Assembly (NCBI RefSeq): GCF_009914755.1
Contig: NC_060932.1
Length of the DNA: 64,000 nucleotides
Strand: one strand, 5' to 3'
DNA from: the human T2T-CHM13v2.0 reference genome, Homo sapiens
Shown: piece by piece, positions 45,010 through 58,345 of the stretch
Position numbering within the stretch: position 1 is the first letter of the stretch
Layout of the letters: every line of letters starts with the position of its first letter
Program-made: the position numbers and the translations under genes
The notes under the pieces: generated by a model
Seen by the model: only the letters and a program-made list of their open reading frames with translations
Told to the model about the DNA's origin: nothing
Databases searched by the model: none

Positions 45010-46034
45010 TTAGAATTTGGCATGTTTTTGGAGTGGCTGGTACTAGTTTTTCCTTTCCGTGTTTAGTGCTTCCTTCAGGAACTCTTTTAGGGCAGGCCTG
45101 GTGGTGACAAAATCTCTCAGCATTTGCTTGTCTGTAAAGGATTTTATTTCTCCTTCACTTTTGAAACTTAGTTTGGCAGGATACGAAATTCTGGGTTGAA
45201 AATTCTTTTCTTTAAGAATGTTGAATATCGGCCCCCACTCTCTTGTGGCTTGTAGAGTTTCTGCTGAGATATCTGCTGTTAGTCTCATGCACTTTCTTTT
45301 GTGGGTAACCTGCCCTTTCTCTCTGGCTGCCCTTAACATTTTGTCCTTCATTTCAACCTTGGTGAATCTGGCAGTTATGTATCTTGTGGTTGCTCTTCTG
45401 GAGGAGTATCTTTGTGGTATTCTCTGTATTTCCTCAATTTGAATGTTGGCCTGCCTTGCTATGATGGGTAAGTTCTCCTGGATAATATCCTGCAGAGTGT
45501 TTTCCAGCTTGGTTCCATTCTCCGCGTCACTTTCCAGTACACCAATCAAGCATAGATTTGTTTTTTTCCCATAGTCCCATATTTCTTGGAGGCTTTCTTC
45601 GTTTCTTTTTACTCATTTTTCTCTGAATTTCTCTTCTCACTTCATTTCATTAATTTGATCTTCAATCAATGATACCCTTTCTTCCACTTGATCAAATTGG
45701 CTACTGAAGGTTGTACATGCATCGCGTAGTTCTCATGCCATGGTTTTCAGATCCATCAGGTCATTTAAGGTCTTCTCTACACTGCTTGTTCTAATTAGCC
45801 ATTCATCTAATCTTTTTTCAAGGTTGTTAGCTTCCTTGTGATGGGTTCGAACATCCTCCTTTAGCTCAGAGAAGTTTGTTATTACCGACTTTCTGAAGCC
45901 TACTTCTGTCAACTCGTCAAAATCATTCTCCGTCCAGCTTTGTTTCACTGCTGGCGAGGAGCTGCAATCCTTTGGAGGAGAAGGGGTGCTGGGTTTTTAG
46001 AATTTTCAGCTTTTCTGCTCTGGTTTCTCTCCAT
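45010..46034 (-). pseudogene. decayed L1 ORF1 of the L1PA6-like element
   Basis: ATG at 46034; fragments ENDFDELTEVGFRKSVITNFSELKE and NFQPRISYPAKLSFKSEGEIKSFTDKQMLRDFVTTRPAL. Confidence 0.93.
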
Positions 46035-47076
46035 CTTTGTGGTTTTATCTACGTTTGGTGTTTGATGATGGTGACGTACAGATGGAGTTTTGGTGTGGAT
46101 GTCCTTTTTGTTGATGTTTATGCCATTCCTTTCTGTTTGTTAGTTTTCCTTCTAACAGTCAGGTCCCTCAGCTGCAGGTATCTTGGAGTTTGCTGGAGGT
46201 CCACTCCAGACTCTGTTTTCCTGGGTATCTCCAGCGGAGGCTGTAGAATAGCAAATATTGCAGAACAGCAAATATTGTGCCTGATCCTTCCTCTGGCAGC
46301 TTCGTCTCAGAGGGGCACCTGGCTGTGTGAGGTGTCAGTCAGCCCCTACTGGGAGGTGTCTCCAAGTTTGGCTACACGGGGGTCAGGGACCCACTTGAGG
46401 AGGCAGTCTGTCTGTTCTCAGAGCTCAAACATTGTGCTGGGAGAACCACTGCTGTCTTCAGAGCCGTCAGATAGGGATGTTTAAGTCTGCAGAAGTTTCT
46501 GCTGCCTTTTATTCAGTTATGCCCTACCCCCAAAGGTGGAGTCTACAAAGGCAGGCGGGCCTCCTTGAGCTATGGTGGTCTCCACCCAGTTCGAGCTTCC
46601 TGGCTGCTTTGTTTACCTACTGTAGCCTCAGCAATGGTGGATGCCCCTCCCCCAGCCAGGCTTGCTGCCTCGCAGTTCGATCTGAGACTGCTGCGCTAGC
46701 AGTGAGCAAGGCTCCATGTGTGTGGGACCCACTGAGCCAATCGTGGGATATAATCTCCTAGTGTGCCATTTGCTAAGACCATTGAAAAAGTGCAGTATTT
46801 AGGTGGAAGTGTCCTGATTTTCCTGGTATAGTCTGCCATGGCTTCCCTTGGCTGGGAAAGGGAAATCCCCTGACCCCTTGTGCTTCCTGGGTGGGGTGAT
46901 GCCCCGCCCTGCTTTGGCTCACCCTCTGTGGGCTGCACCCACTGTCCAGCCAGTCCCAGTGAGATGAACCAGATACCTCAGTTGGAAATACAGAAATCAC
47001 ACATCTTCTGTGCCAGTCATGCTCGGAGCTCCAGACTGGAGCTGTTCCTATTCGGACATCTTGGAACCACCTCTCC
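46035..47076 (-). promoter_or_regulatory. L1PA 5' UTR (sense internal promoter and antisense promoter region)
   Basis: Complete ~1.04 kb 5' UTR; CpGs largely decayed; activity unknown. Confidence 0.6.
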
Positions 47077-49879
47077 CTACTGTTGCTTTAAAGTTTGTTT
47101 TGTCTGATATAAGAATAGCTACTTTTGTTCACTTTTGGTGTCCATTTGCATGGAATATATTTTTCACTCTTTTGAGTTTATGTGAGTCCTTATGTGTTAG
47201 GTGAGTCTCCTGAAGACAGCAGAAACTTGGTTGGTGAATTCTTATCCATTCTGCCATTCCTTGTCTTGTAAGTGGAGCATTTAGGCCATTTAAATTCAAT
47301 GTTATTATTGAGATGTGAGGTACTATTCTATTCATCATGCTATTTGTTGCCTGAATACCTTGTTTTTCTTTTCCATTATGTTCTTGTTATGAACATGTGG
47401 GTCCTGTGAGATTTATGCTTTAAGGAGGTTTTATTTAGGTGTAATTCAAGGATTTGTTTCAAGATTTAGAGCTCCTTTTAACCGTTCTTGTAGTGCTGGC
47501 TTTGTAGTGGCAAATTATCTTGGCATTTGTTTGTCTGAAAAAGACCATGTTTTTCCTTCATTTATGAAGCTTAGTTTCACTGGATACAAAATTCTTGGCT
47601 GATAATTGTTTCATTTAAGGAGGCTAAAAATAGGACCTCAATTTCTTCTAGCTTGTAGGGTTTCTGCTGAGAAATCTGCTGTTAATCTGATAGGTTTTCC
47701 TTTATAGGTTACCTGATGCTTTTGCCTGACAGCTCTTAAGATTTTTTCCTTTGTCTTGATTTTAGATAGCCTGATGGCTATGTGTCTAGGTGATGATCTT
47801 TTTGCGATGAATTTCCCAGGTGTTCTTTGAGCTTCTTGTATTTGGATGTCTAGATGTCTAGCAAGGCCACAGAAGTTTTCCTTGATTATTCCCTGAAATA
47901 TATTTTCCCGACTTTTAGATTTCTTTTCTTTCTCAGGAACACCAGTTATTCTTAGGTTTGGATGTGTAACATAGTCCCAAACTTCTTGGAGGCTTTGCTC
48001 ATTTTTAAAAATTATTTTTTCTTTGTCTTTAACAGACTGGATTAATTGAAGGCCTTGTCTTCAAGCTCTGAAATTCTTTCTTCTGCTTGTTCAGTTCGAT
48101 TGCTGAGACTTTCCAGGGCATTTTGTATTTCTCTAAGTGTGTTCTTGATTTCCAGAAGTAGTGACTGTTTTTTATTTATGCTATCTATTTCACTGAAGAA
48201 ATTTCCTTTCATATTCTGTATCATGTTTTTGATTTCTTTAAGTTGAACTTTACCTTTCTCTGGTGCCTCGCTGATTAGCTTAATAATTGACCTTCTGAAT
48301 TCTTTTTCTGGTAATTCAGAGATTTTTATCTTAGTTTGGATACATTGCTGGTGAGCTGGTATGATCTTTTTGGGTGTTAAAAATTTTGTTTTGTCATATT
48401 ACCAGAATTGTTTTTTTGGTTCCTTCTCGTTTGTGTAGACTATGCCAGAGGGAAGATCTAGAATTCAAGGGCTGCAGTTCAGATTCTTTTGTCCCATAGG
48501 GTGCTCCTTGATATGATGTTCTCTCCCTTCCCCTATGAATGGGGCTTCCCAAGAGCTGAACTGTAGTGATTGCTTTTGGTCTTCTGGGTCTAGCCACCCA
48601 GTGGAGCTACTAGACTCTTGGCTGGTACTGGGGAGTGTCTGCAAAATGTCCTGTGATATGATCTATGTTCATGTCTTGCAGCCATGGATACCTGCACCTG
48701 CACTGGTGGAGGTAGCAGGGGAGTGAAGCAAACTCTCTGAGGGTCCTTGGTTGTGCTTTTGTTTAATGTGCTGATTTTGTGTTGTTTGGCCTCCAGCCAG
48801 GAGGTGGCACTTTCAAGAGCACATCAGCTGAGGTACTGTAGGGAAGATGCAAACTTGCCCTAGGGATGCCTCGTTAAGTATTCAGGTTTTTCAGATGGTG
48901 GGCAGGGCCATAGAGTTCCCAAGACATTATGACCTTTGTCTTCGGCTGCCAGCGTGAGTAGAGAAAGACCACCAGGTCGGGGCAGGGATAGGGGTGTGTG
49001 AGCTCAGCCTCTCCTTGGGCAAAGCTTGATGTGGCTGTTGTGGGGGATAGCAGTGTGGTTCACAGTCCAGTGGAGTTATATTCCTAGGAGAATTATGGCT
49101 GCCTCTGCTGAGTCATGCAGGTCACCAGGGAAGTGGGGGAAAGCCAGCAGTCATAAGCCTCTCCCTGCTCCCACACAGCCCCCAGTCCTAAAGGTGGTCT
49201 CACTCCCACCGTGCCCCCAAAAAGCACTGACCCTATTTCCAGGCAGCCAGTGACCAGGGCTGAGAACTTGCCCCAGACCATGAGCCTCCTCGTTGAGAAA
49301 GCAAGCCGACTCAAAGGTTTTCAGCATCTCAGGAAGCCTGCAGTGGTGATCCAGTTCCTACAAAGGGTCTGTGGATTCTCTTGGCTTTCCTGGTATGTTC
49401 CTGCAGTAGTTCTTAGAGCAAAATTTCAGGATGTGAGTCTCCACACACTGCTCTGTATATGAGCAGGAACTACATGCTAGTCCTGCCTCCTATCTGCCAT
49501 CTTAATCTGAATCATCTCTCTATTTTAATTAGTTTTGAGAACATTTTCTAAGTGGTATTTTTACTCCTCTGTATCATTATTGGGACTAATTTTTATTCTA
49601 TGTGTCAATATAATTCTGTGTTCACACAACAGCCTGCACGTTAGGTTGTCAGCTGTCACTCATGTGTCATCCATTGTTGTTACATCCAAGAGCTACTGTC
49701 ACCCCTTCTAGTTTAAATTCTCAAATATGAAGTGGTGGCCCTTTGAGTCAGATAGCAAAGTTTAGATTACAGTGTATCAGTAAACTATGAGAGAATTCTC
49801 ATCTAGAATGCACAATTGAGTTAAATGACCCACAAGGACTTCAGTGATTACTTCTTCAAGACTTGGTAAATAGCATTCT

Positions 49880-50540
<661 letters not shown>

Positions 50541-51859
50541 CTTTTGCTATTTAAGTCGAAGCGAATGTAATTTCTAGCTCACTAGGCCACATGGCTATGG
50601 CCAGAATAACCATTCAGGGCCTGAATAACAATCATGATGGAAACAAAATAATGATACCTTTAAGAGGAGCTTACGCTACAAACTTTGGTATGCAAGAAAC
50701 ATCACCTTAAATTATATATATGAAATTATCTTTATTTTTTGAGTTGCTAGCAGTAGGACATTAAAACTCAGTCACTATGGGGGTGTCTTTCCTTTTTCTG
50801 GGTGTTCACGAGTCTGGAAAGCTTATGTGATTGGTACCTAGAGAAATGAGAAGTGCCTGTAATCTTCAGTCCATCATTGTTGCCACTGCTATTCTAATTG
50901 TTCAGACCCACTGCCTCAGAGGTAGGCAATTCTGCTGTCTGCAGGTCAAGGGGGGCCCAGGGGAATTTCCCTGGCCTGGACCCATGATGCCATCACAATG
51001 ATCACCTCTGAAGTCTTACTGCATCTTGTGGGTTCTGATCATCTCTGTTCTCTTCCCTATCCTGTGTAATCTCTCCCTTTCTCTTACTTCTCTTGAAGCC
51101 ACTTGCTTTCTCCTTTCTTTCCTTGCTGGATGTCCCAAGTTGTTCTGGGAAATAAAGACTCAGTAAAACATAAGCCAGCAACTATATTTGACTCTAAGCA
51201 GTTTCTGCTATCTATGCTGCAACACAAATGCCTCTAGTGAGAAGATGCCCAAAGACCTAGCTATTTGTTTTAAATGGGCAAAGGGAAAAAAGGTAAAACA
51301 AAATCTCTATAAATTATAGAAAAATTATCCTGTACTTAGTGTTGACCTCATTTGCCCCCTGACAGAATCACTGGTATAGCAAGTAGGGCCATTCTATTCA
51401 TTAAGTACCTGAGGTACAATGTGGGAATTACCAAGGACTTAAGCCTGTGAAAATGTTGAGAACTAAAAAAATATTAATTGGCTTTAAAATAAGAATTATA
51501 AAACTGTAAAACTGAAATTATTAGGAAGTTTAATGGAAAGTCTGTAAAATGTAACATCATGTCATCTTCATTAATTGCTAAATTTAGAATCCATAATAAC
51601 TTATTACATTTAAAGACAATTTATATGTTAGACTTTTCTCACTTCTCAAGATTTCCCAAGTATTCATAATGATTGCTAAGAAGGTAAAACTAATAATAAA
51701 TTAAATGAGTTATTTATAGTTAGTTATAGATAATTTTCCAAAAACAAAATTATAAAAAGCCCTTTGATTTTTACAAAGCAAAATGATATTTAATATGAAA
51801 ACATTTTAATATGTTTGATATGTTGTGGGAGGAAATCCCTGAATTTCTAAAATTTGGCA

Positions 51860-52130
51860 TGTGATGTTCCCCTCCTTGTGTCCATGTATTCTCATTGTTT
51901 AGCTCCCACTTATGAGTGAGAACATGCAGTGTTTAGTTTTCTGTTCCTGTGTTAATTTGCTGAGGATAATGGTTTCCAGCCTCATTCATGTCCCTGCAAA
52001 GGACATGAACTCATTCCTTGTTATGGCTGCATAGTATTCCATGGTGTATATGTGCCACATTTTCTTTATCCAGTCTATCATTGATGGGCATTTGGGTTGG
52101 TTCCAATCTTTGCTATTAAGACACATGCAC
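51860..52130 (-). mobile_element. tailless L1PA fragment with a 13-bp terminal inversion
   Basis: 'tgtgatgttcccctccttgtgtccatg...ctttgctatt' followed by sense-strand aagacacatgcac. Confidence 0.88.
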
Positions 52131-52824
52131 AAGCTGGTGAATCTTAGGTGACATCATCACAATGCACTTTAGATTGCATCTAAGTTTTTATTATCATAAA
52201 CAAGGCTGAAATGGACAATCTTTGTACATGTATTTGAGCAATGTTTCTGGCATTTCTGAGAATAATTCTATTTTCAAGAAGTGATCATAACTTCTAAGGC
52301 ATACGCTACCTGAGGAAAATAATTATCTCTTTTTCTTTCTTCCTTTTTCACCCTCCTACCCTCAATTTTTTCTTTCTAAATAGCTTTTCTGAAGAGAATT
52401 AAAAATAAAAACAAGAACAAATATGGTAAATTTTTTTTTTTAGGCAATCATTTTATTCCTTTGCTGAAAACTCTACTTTAAAGAGCACGCACAAATATTA
52501 TGTAAGATAAGAGATAAAAATAATGGAAGTAATCTATAATTCTTCTAATAAACATAATTATAATTCTTCTAATAGACATTTTGTTTAACTCATATTAATT
52601 TTATAGTTGTATTTATATCGAAGTCTAGTAGACTGGAAATCAAAAGATTACAGAGGGCAAGTAGTTAATATTTGGTGAAATTCCTTATATCAGGAAACAA
52701 ACAAAATTCATTACAGACCAAATAATAATACTTGTCACAATAGAATTCTTTCATTTGGCAAAGTTCATCGAAAAGTGAACATGTGTTAAGTAATTAATAG
52801 GGCGACAATATGAAGAAAATAGTG

Positions 52825-52955
52825 ATTTTTGGAGTTAACAAAGTTAAAATGAAATACAGATTCTGTTTATTTATTCTCATTTAAACTTCGGCAAGCCACG
52901 TAACCTCTCTGTCTTAGCTTTCTCATCTATAAAATAAGAGCACCAACTTTGCAGG
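52825..52955 (+). mobile_element. MIR remnant
   Basis: 'acttcggcaagccacgtaacctctctgtcttagctttctcatctataaaataag'. Confidence 0.65.
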
Positions 52956-53466
52956 GAATTCAAAAATGGAACTATAATTTTTATTTTCCTACTGTATTTT
53001 ATGGTATTGGAATTATTCTCTGCAAAAAGCTTTCCACTCTATAATAAAACATTGAAAATCTCATACATTGTCAAAAATTCCATATATGTAAGGGGAAAAA
53101 TATGTAACTTCTGTGTATTAGATGTGTTTTGTTCCTTGACCTGTGCAGAGTAAGGGACATTGTTACATCTTCTATGGCTCTGATGTACAGTGAATCAATC
53201 TCTTTCTCTTAAGACTTCAAAATAGGAGACATAGTAGGCTTTTTAGACAGCAGACTTTTGAACTGAAAGGGGACAGAGACAGAAGCCACCTTATTGGGTC
53301 CAGTGAAAGCTAACTAATAAGCAGAGGAACATAGACCATGCAAAACACTGGGCTTCATCTGTTCTGGATATATTTTTAAAACACTTCTTACTAGCACCTC
53401 TTGAAGAGACTGAATTAGTAAAAAGTAGATCAAACTCCAGGCAGACTCAGTACTTTTGATAGACTT

Positions 53467-54910
53467 TGTCTTTGTCCGTTTTCACACTGTTGATAAAGAC
53501 ATACCTGAGACTGGGCAATTTACAAAAGAAAGAGGTTTAATTGGACTTACAGTTCCACGTGGCTGTGGAAGCTTCACAATCATGGTGGAAGGCAAGGAGG
53601 AACAAGTCTTGTCTTAAATGGATGGCAACAGGCAAAGGGAGAATGACGAAGATGCAAAATTAGAAACCCCTGATAAAACCACCAAATCTCATGTGACTTA
53701 TTCATTACCATGAGAACAGTATGGGGGAAACCACCCCATGATTCAGTTATCTCCCACTGGGTCCCTCCCAAAACACATGGAATTATGGGAGTATAATTCA
53801 AGATAAGATTTGGGTGGGGACACAGCCAAACCATATCATTCAGCCCCTGGACCCTGCCAAATCTCATGTCCTCATATTTCAAAACCAATCATGCCTTCCC
53901 AACAATCCCAGAAAGTCTTAACTCATTTCAGTGTTAACTCAAAAGTCCACAGTCCAAAGTTTCATCTGAGATGAGGCAAATCCCTTCTGCCTATGAGCCT
54001 GTAAAATCAAAAGCAAGTTAGTTACTTCCTAGATACAATGGGAGTGCAGACACTGGGTAAATACAACTGTTCGAAATGGGAGAAACTGGCCAAAACAAAG
54101 GGGCTATAGAGCCCATGAAGTCCAAAATCCAGCAGGGCAGTCAAATCTTAAAGCTCCAAATGATCTCCTTTGGTTCCATATCTCACATCCAGCTCATGCT
54201 GATGCAAGAGGTGGGCTCCCACAGCCTTGGGCACCTCTGCCCCTGTGGCTTTGCAGGGTATAGCCCCACTTCTGGCTGCTCTCACAGGCTGGTGTTGAGT
54301 GTCTGTGGCTTTTCCAGGCCCATGGTCTAAACCATTGGTGGATCTACCATTCTGGGGTCTGGAGGATGGTGTCCCTTTTCTCACAGCTCCACTAGGCAGT
54401 GCCCCAGTAGGAATTCTGTGTGGGGGCTCTGACACCACATTTTCCTTCTACACTGTCCTAGCAGAAGCTCTCCATGAGGACCCCACCCCTACAGCAAACT
54501 TCTGTCTGGGCATCTAGATGTTTCCATACATCTTCTGAAATCTAGGTGGAGGTTCCTAAACCTCAATTCTTGACTTCTCTGCACTCACAGTCTCAACACC
54601 ACATGGAAGCTGCCAAGGCCTGGGGCTTGCACCATCTGATGCCATTGCTCGAGCTCTACGTTGGCCCCTTTCAGCCATGGCCGGAGTGGCTGGGATGCAG
54701 GGCGCCAAACCCCTAGGCTGCGCACAGCTTGAGGACCCTGGGCCTGGTCAATGAAACAACTTTTCCTCCTGGGCCTCCAGGCCTGTGATGGGAGGGGCTG
54801 CCACGCTATAATGAGAGGGCTCCCACTGGGTCCCTCCCACAACATGTGGGAATTATGGGAGTACAATTCAAGGTGAGACTTGGGTGGGGACACACAACCA
54901 AATCATATCA
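53467..54910 (-). mobile_element. THE1C/D MaLR provirus with internal deletion (3' LTR 53467-53838, internal 53839-54804, 5' LTR stub ~54820-54910)
   Basis: THE1 LTR termini (tgatatggtttggctgtgtcccc on minus strand); THE1-int sequence; perfect 5-bp TSD gactt at 53462-53466 and 54911-54915. Confidence 0.93.
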
Positions 54911-55339
54911 GACTTCCTTTTTCTTGAGAAGATCTCTGTTCTTTAAGAAAATTATCCCTATCTAGAATATCCAGAAAAATCCTAAAATTTTACCATGCGT
55001 GGTTAAAAAAAAAAAAAAAAGAACTAAGCAGAAAAAAACCCAAGCAAATAAAACAAAATAAATAACAGCATATTTTCAAACCAATTAAGTTAACTTCTCC
55101 TTGGATTGAATGGCATCTTTACAACTCCACGGTGCTGGAGTTATTGTAGCCTGTTGTATGTGATGAAGGCAAGAAAGATGCTTCTGGTGGAATTATAAAG
55201 ATTGCCACGAGACATGCCACATGGCTCCCTGCATGTCTGATTCTTGTTTCCTATTATTTATTTTTCCTCCATGTGAGCCTCAGTGCCTATTTTGTTATTA
55301 GTTCTTCATCCAATTTCTGTGACCCCACAACTTAAAAAA

Positions 55340-55800
55340 ATTATAGTTTAAAAAAGCTATTAAATTCACTGATTTAACTGTTTTAAGTGTGCAGTTCAAT
55401 AGTGTTAAGTATATTGACATTGTTGTGCAAGAGATGTCTAGAACTTTTTCATCTTACAATGCTGAATCTCTATACCAATAAACATGAATCCCTCCTCATC
55501 CCTCCCTCAGCCCTTGGCAACCACTTTTCTACCTCCTGTTTCTACAGTTTTGACTTTAGATACTTATTTGAGTGGAATCATATAGGATTTGTCTTTGTGA
55601 CTATCTTATTTCACTTAGCATAATACCCTCAAGGTTCATCCATATTATAGCATGTGACAGGATTTCCTTCTTTTTGAAGGCTGTATTATATTCCATTACA
55701 CGTATGTACAACACTTTCTTCATCCATTCATCTGTTTGTGGACATTTGGGTTGCTTCTACCTCTTGGCTATTGTGAATAAGCCTGCAATGGATGAACATA
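55340..55800 (-). mobile_element. L1MA/L1MB-type 3' end fragment
   Basis: 'tttaagtgtgcagttcaatagtgttaagtatattgacattgttgtgc...cccttggcaaccac...ctcttggctattgtgaataa'. Confidence 0.85.
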
Positions 55801-56305
55801 TAATTGATTGACACATATTTTTGGACATTATCTACTAGGCAGGATTGAGATCTGTTATGGAAACCAGCATTCTGTTAATAGCAGTAGCAGACAACAAGAA
55901 GAAAGCATGGAAATCCCCAAATTATTTGCAAAAATTTTATGGTAAATTATGCATAAACATTATCCAAAATTAGTGTTTGCTGTTAATAAATCAATTCGAA
56001 ATAAAATTTATATTATTTGCCCTTTGTAAATGATAAGGAATGTATTTAACTTAATTTGTTATGTGAGGAATTGCTTTTAAGATTATTAAATTACAAAATA
56101 TTTTCAGTAGGGAAATGCTATTTTGTTCTTCTTAAACCTTAAAAACAATATGACTCCTTTTTCCAAGGGTCTAGTTAAGACTTTACTTGCTGAGCTGATA
56201 CTAAATAGCTGAGCTGTGACTCTCAGCTATAGCTGACCCTCAGGTAGAATAGTAGAACAGTGAATGAACCAGTAAAGAATGCAGGCTCTGGGATTAGATC
56301 TTCTT

Positions 56306-56690
56306 CTTCTTGTTCTTTTTTAAATTTTGTAAAGCATTTTATTGTGGTAAAAATATATATAACAAAATTTCCCACTGTAACTGTTTTTAAGTTGACAATT
56401 AAATGACACTAATTATATTCACAATATGGTGCAACCCTCACCACTTTCAATTTCCAAAATTTGTCATCAACCTAAACAGAAACTCTGTATCCATTAAGCA
56501 GTAAGTTTCTGTTCTCCACTCTCTCATCCCCTAATAACCTCTGATGTACTTTATGCTTCTATGAATCTGCCTACTGTAGAGATTTCATATCAGTGGAATC
56601 ACACAATATTTGTCATTTTGTGTCTCGCTAATTTCATTTAGCATAATGCCCTTAAGGTTCATCCATGTTGTAGCATGTATCAGAACTTCA
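56306..56690 (-). mobile_element. L1MB-type 3' fragment inserted in a MIR (~56260-56890)
   Basis: L1MB 3' UTR motifs; TSD tgggattagatcttctt (56289-56305) vs tggaattaggtcttctt (56691-56707); MIR halves on both sides. Confidence 0.85.
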
Positions 56691-57401
56691 TGGAATTAGG
56701 TCTTCTTGATGTCGATCATCCTTGACTCTTAGCCCTGTTTGTTCCTGGGCAAGCTGGGTAGCCTCCCACAGTCTTTATGTCCTCCAGTGAAAAATGCAGA
56801 GGATAGTAATTATAATACCTGCCTAGTTTCTCTCATGAAGTTATTTGGATAATCAAGTAAAATAATGCCAGTGAAATATTTTATAAACTGTCAATTGCTA
56901 ATATCCATGCTAGATGCTCTAATTGTAATAACTCTCCTTTATAAATATCTTCATAGCAGAGATCTTAAGATCTCTGATATAAAAGCTCACATCCCAGGAC
57001 TGCTCCCCTGACATGAAAACACAGGGAGATCAGCCTTCCAAAGATGTCAGAATCTGGAGGCAGCATCTGGAAATATAAAATACAGAACTGGAATTCATTT
57101 ATTTTAATACAATCCTACAAAAAGGAAAGAATTTATATCTTTTGAAATAAAATTTAACTTGCCTGCAATCCATAAAAGCACAGTTATATTTGTCATTCTT
57201 AGCTAATTTGGGCTTTCAAAATATCTGAAATGTTATTCTGCTATTTAATATTTCCTAAAGGATCTCCACTTCAGTTCAGTTCTATGAAGCCACGTTCCAT
57301 TTTAACCCAAATTGCAAGTTTCCGTTCCAATCCTTTAACAGAAAGTGATAATAGCCAAGAGAAAAATTCTCTGAGACTGATAAATCAGGAAGTTTTGGCA
57401 G

Positions 57402-57404
<3 letters not shown>

Positions 57405-57450
<46 letters not shown>
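57405..57450. repeat. (GA)n microsatellite
   Basis: Directly visible purine tract. Confidence 0.95.
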
Positions 57451-58184
57451 ACAAGCATGTGTATTTCATGCATCCATCTGGGAACTTTCAGAAACTTGGG
57501 ATCATTTCATCAGTTTGCTTTTAAAATGGGTATGGAGACTCACCCCTCTTCCCTGGTGAAGTAAAATTACTTTGGATGTATTAAAATTGCCACTGGTGAG
57601 AGGTGTGTTTATCTAATTTCATAATATAACAATAGGTCTTTCACCTTCTTCCAAGTCCATATTGATTTTAGCTAAATTATATTTAGGGTGGGAGACAAGA
57701 CATCTTGATTTAGTGATCCTTATTTTCCCCCAAGATGTTTTTGTTGTTTTTTTCTTTCTTGACAGTCAGCAGTTTGGGGAAAGTAAGAAGAGTTCAGTCT
57801 ACCCAGAGGGCAGTAGAGCTGCCTGTGAGCAGTTCTACTGTGTCTTGCTGCAGGGAAATAATCCCTGCATGTTGTGTAGGACTCACCCAGAGGTGCAAAG
57901 GGCCCAATAAAGCAGCATGAAACGGAGGCTGTAGCTTAACTGGGTCAGTCCTTAGCACCAGAATCTTGCCTGAAAGTATTAGCTTGAATCCATCGATTTG
58001 TATATTTTTATAAAGTGACATCCAGGGAGGTTTTACATTTTGATTTTATTAACACAACAAAGGATGAAATAAAAATGAATTTATTCTGTGAAATGGGGAA
58101 TTATATGCTATTTATAGGCAATATATAGCAATGTATTGTAAATTGTGTTCAGAAAAAAACTCATTCATGGAGATGATTATTGAA

Positions 58185-58345
58185 ACCAGGTGTCTTGATT
58201 TAAATAAATTGAGGAAACACTGGCTTAAAGTTAAGCATTTCTCTTAACAGCGTGACTCAGGCTCTTTAACATGCCAGCGTCAGTCCTGAAGCTCCAAGAA
58301 AACTGAAGATACTTTTTATTTTGTGGAGTTCCTCTTAGAACCATA
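58185..58345. mobile_element. probable hAT-Charlie DNA transposon remnant
   Basis: 'gaggaaacactggcttaaagttaagcatttctc...gctctttaacatgc' resembles a recalled Charlie-family internal motif. Confidence 0.4.

Noticed and set aside
46432-46761. 109-aa antisense ORF in the L1 5' UTR as intact ORF0
   Set aside because: It is in a different frame from ORF0; the true ORF0 ATG (46634) terminates after 21 codons.
56223-56236. 14-bp palindrome tcagctatagctga
   Set aside because: 7-bp arms are expected several times by chance in 64 kb.
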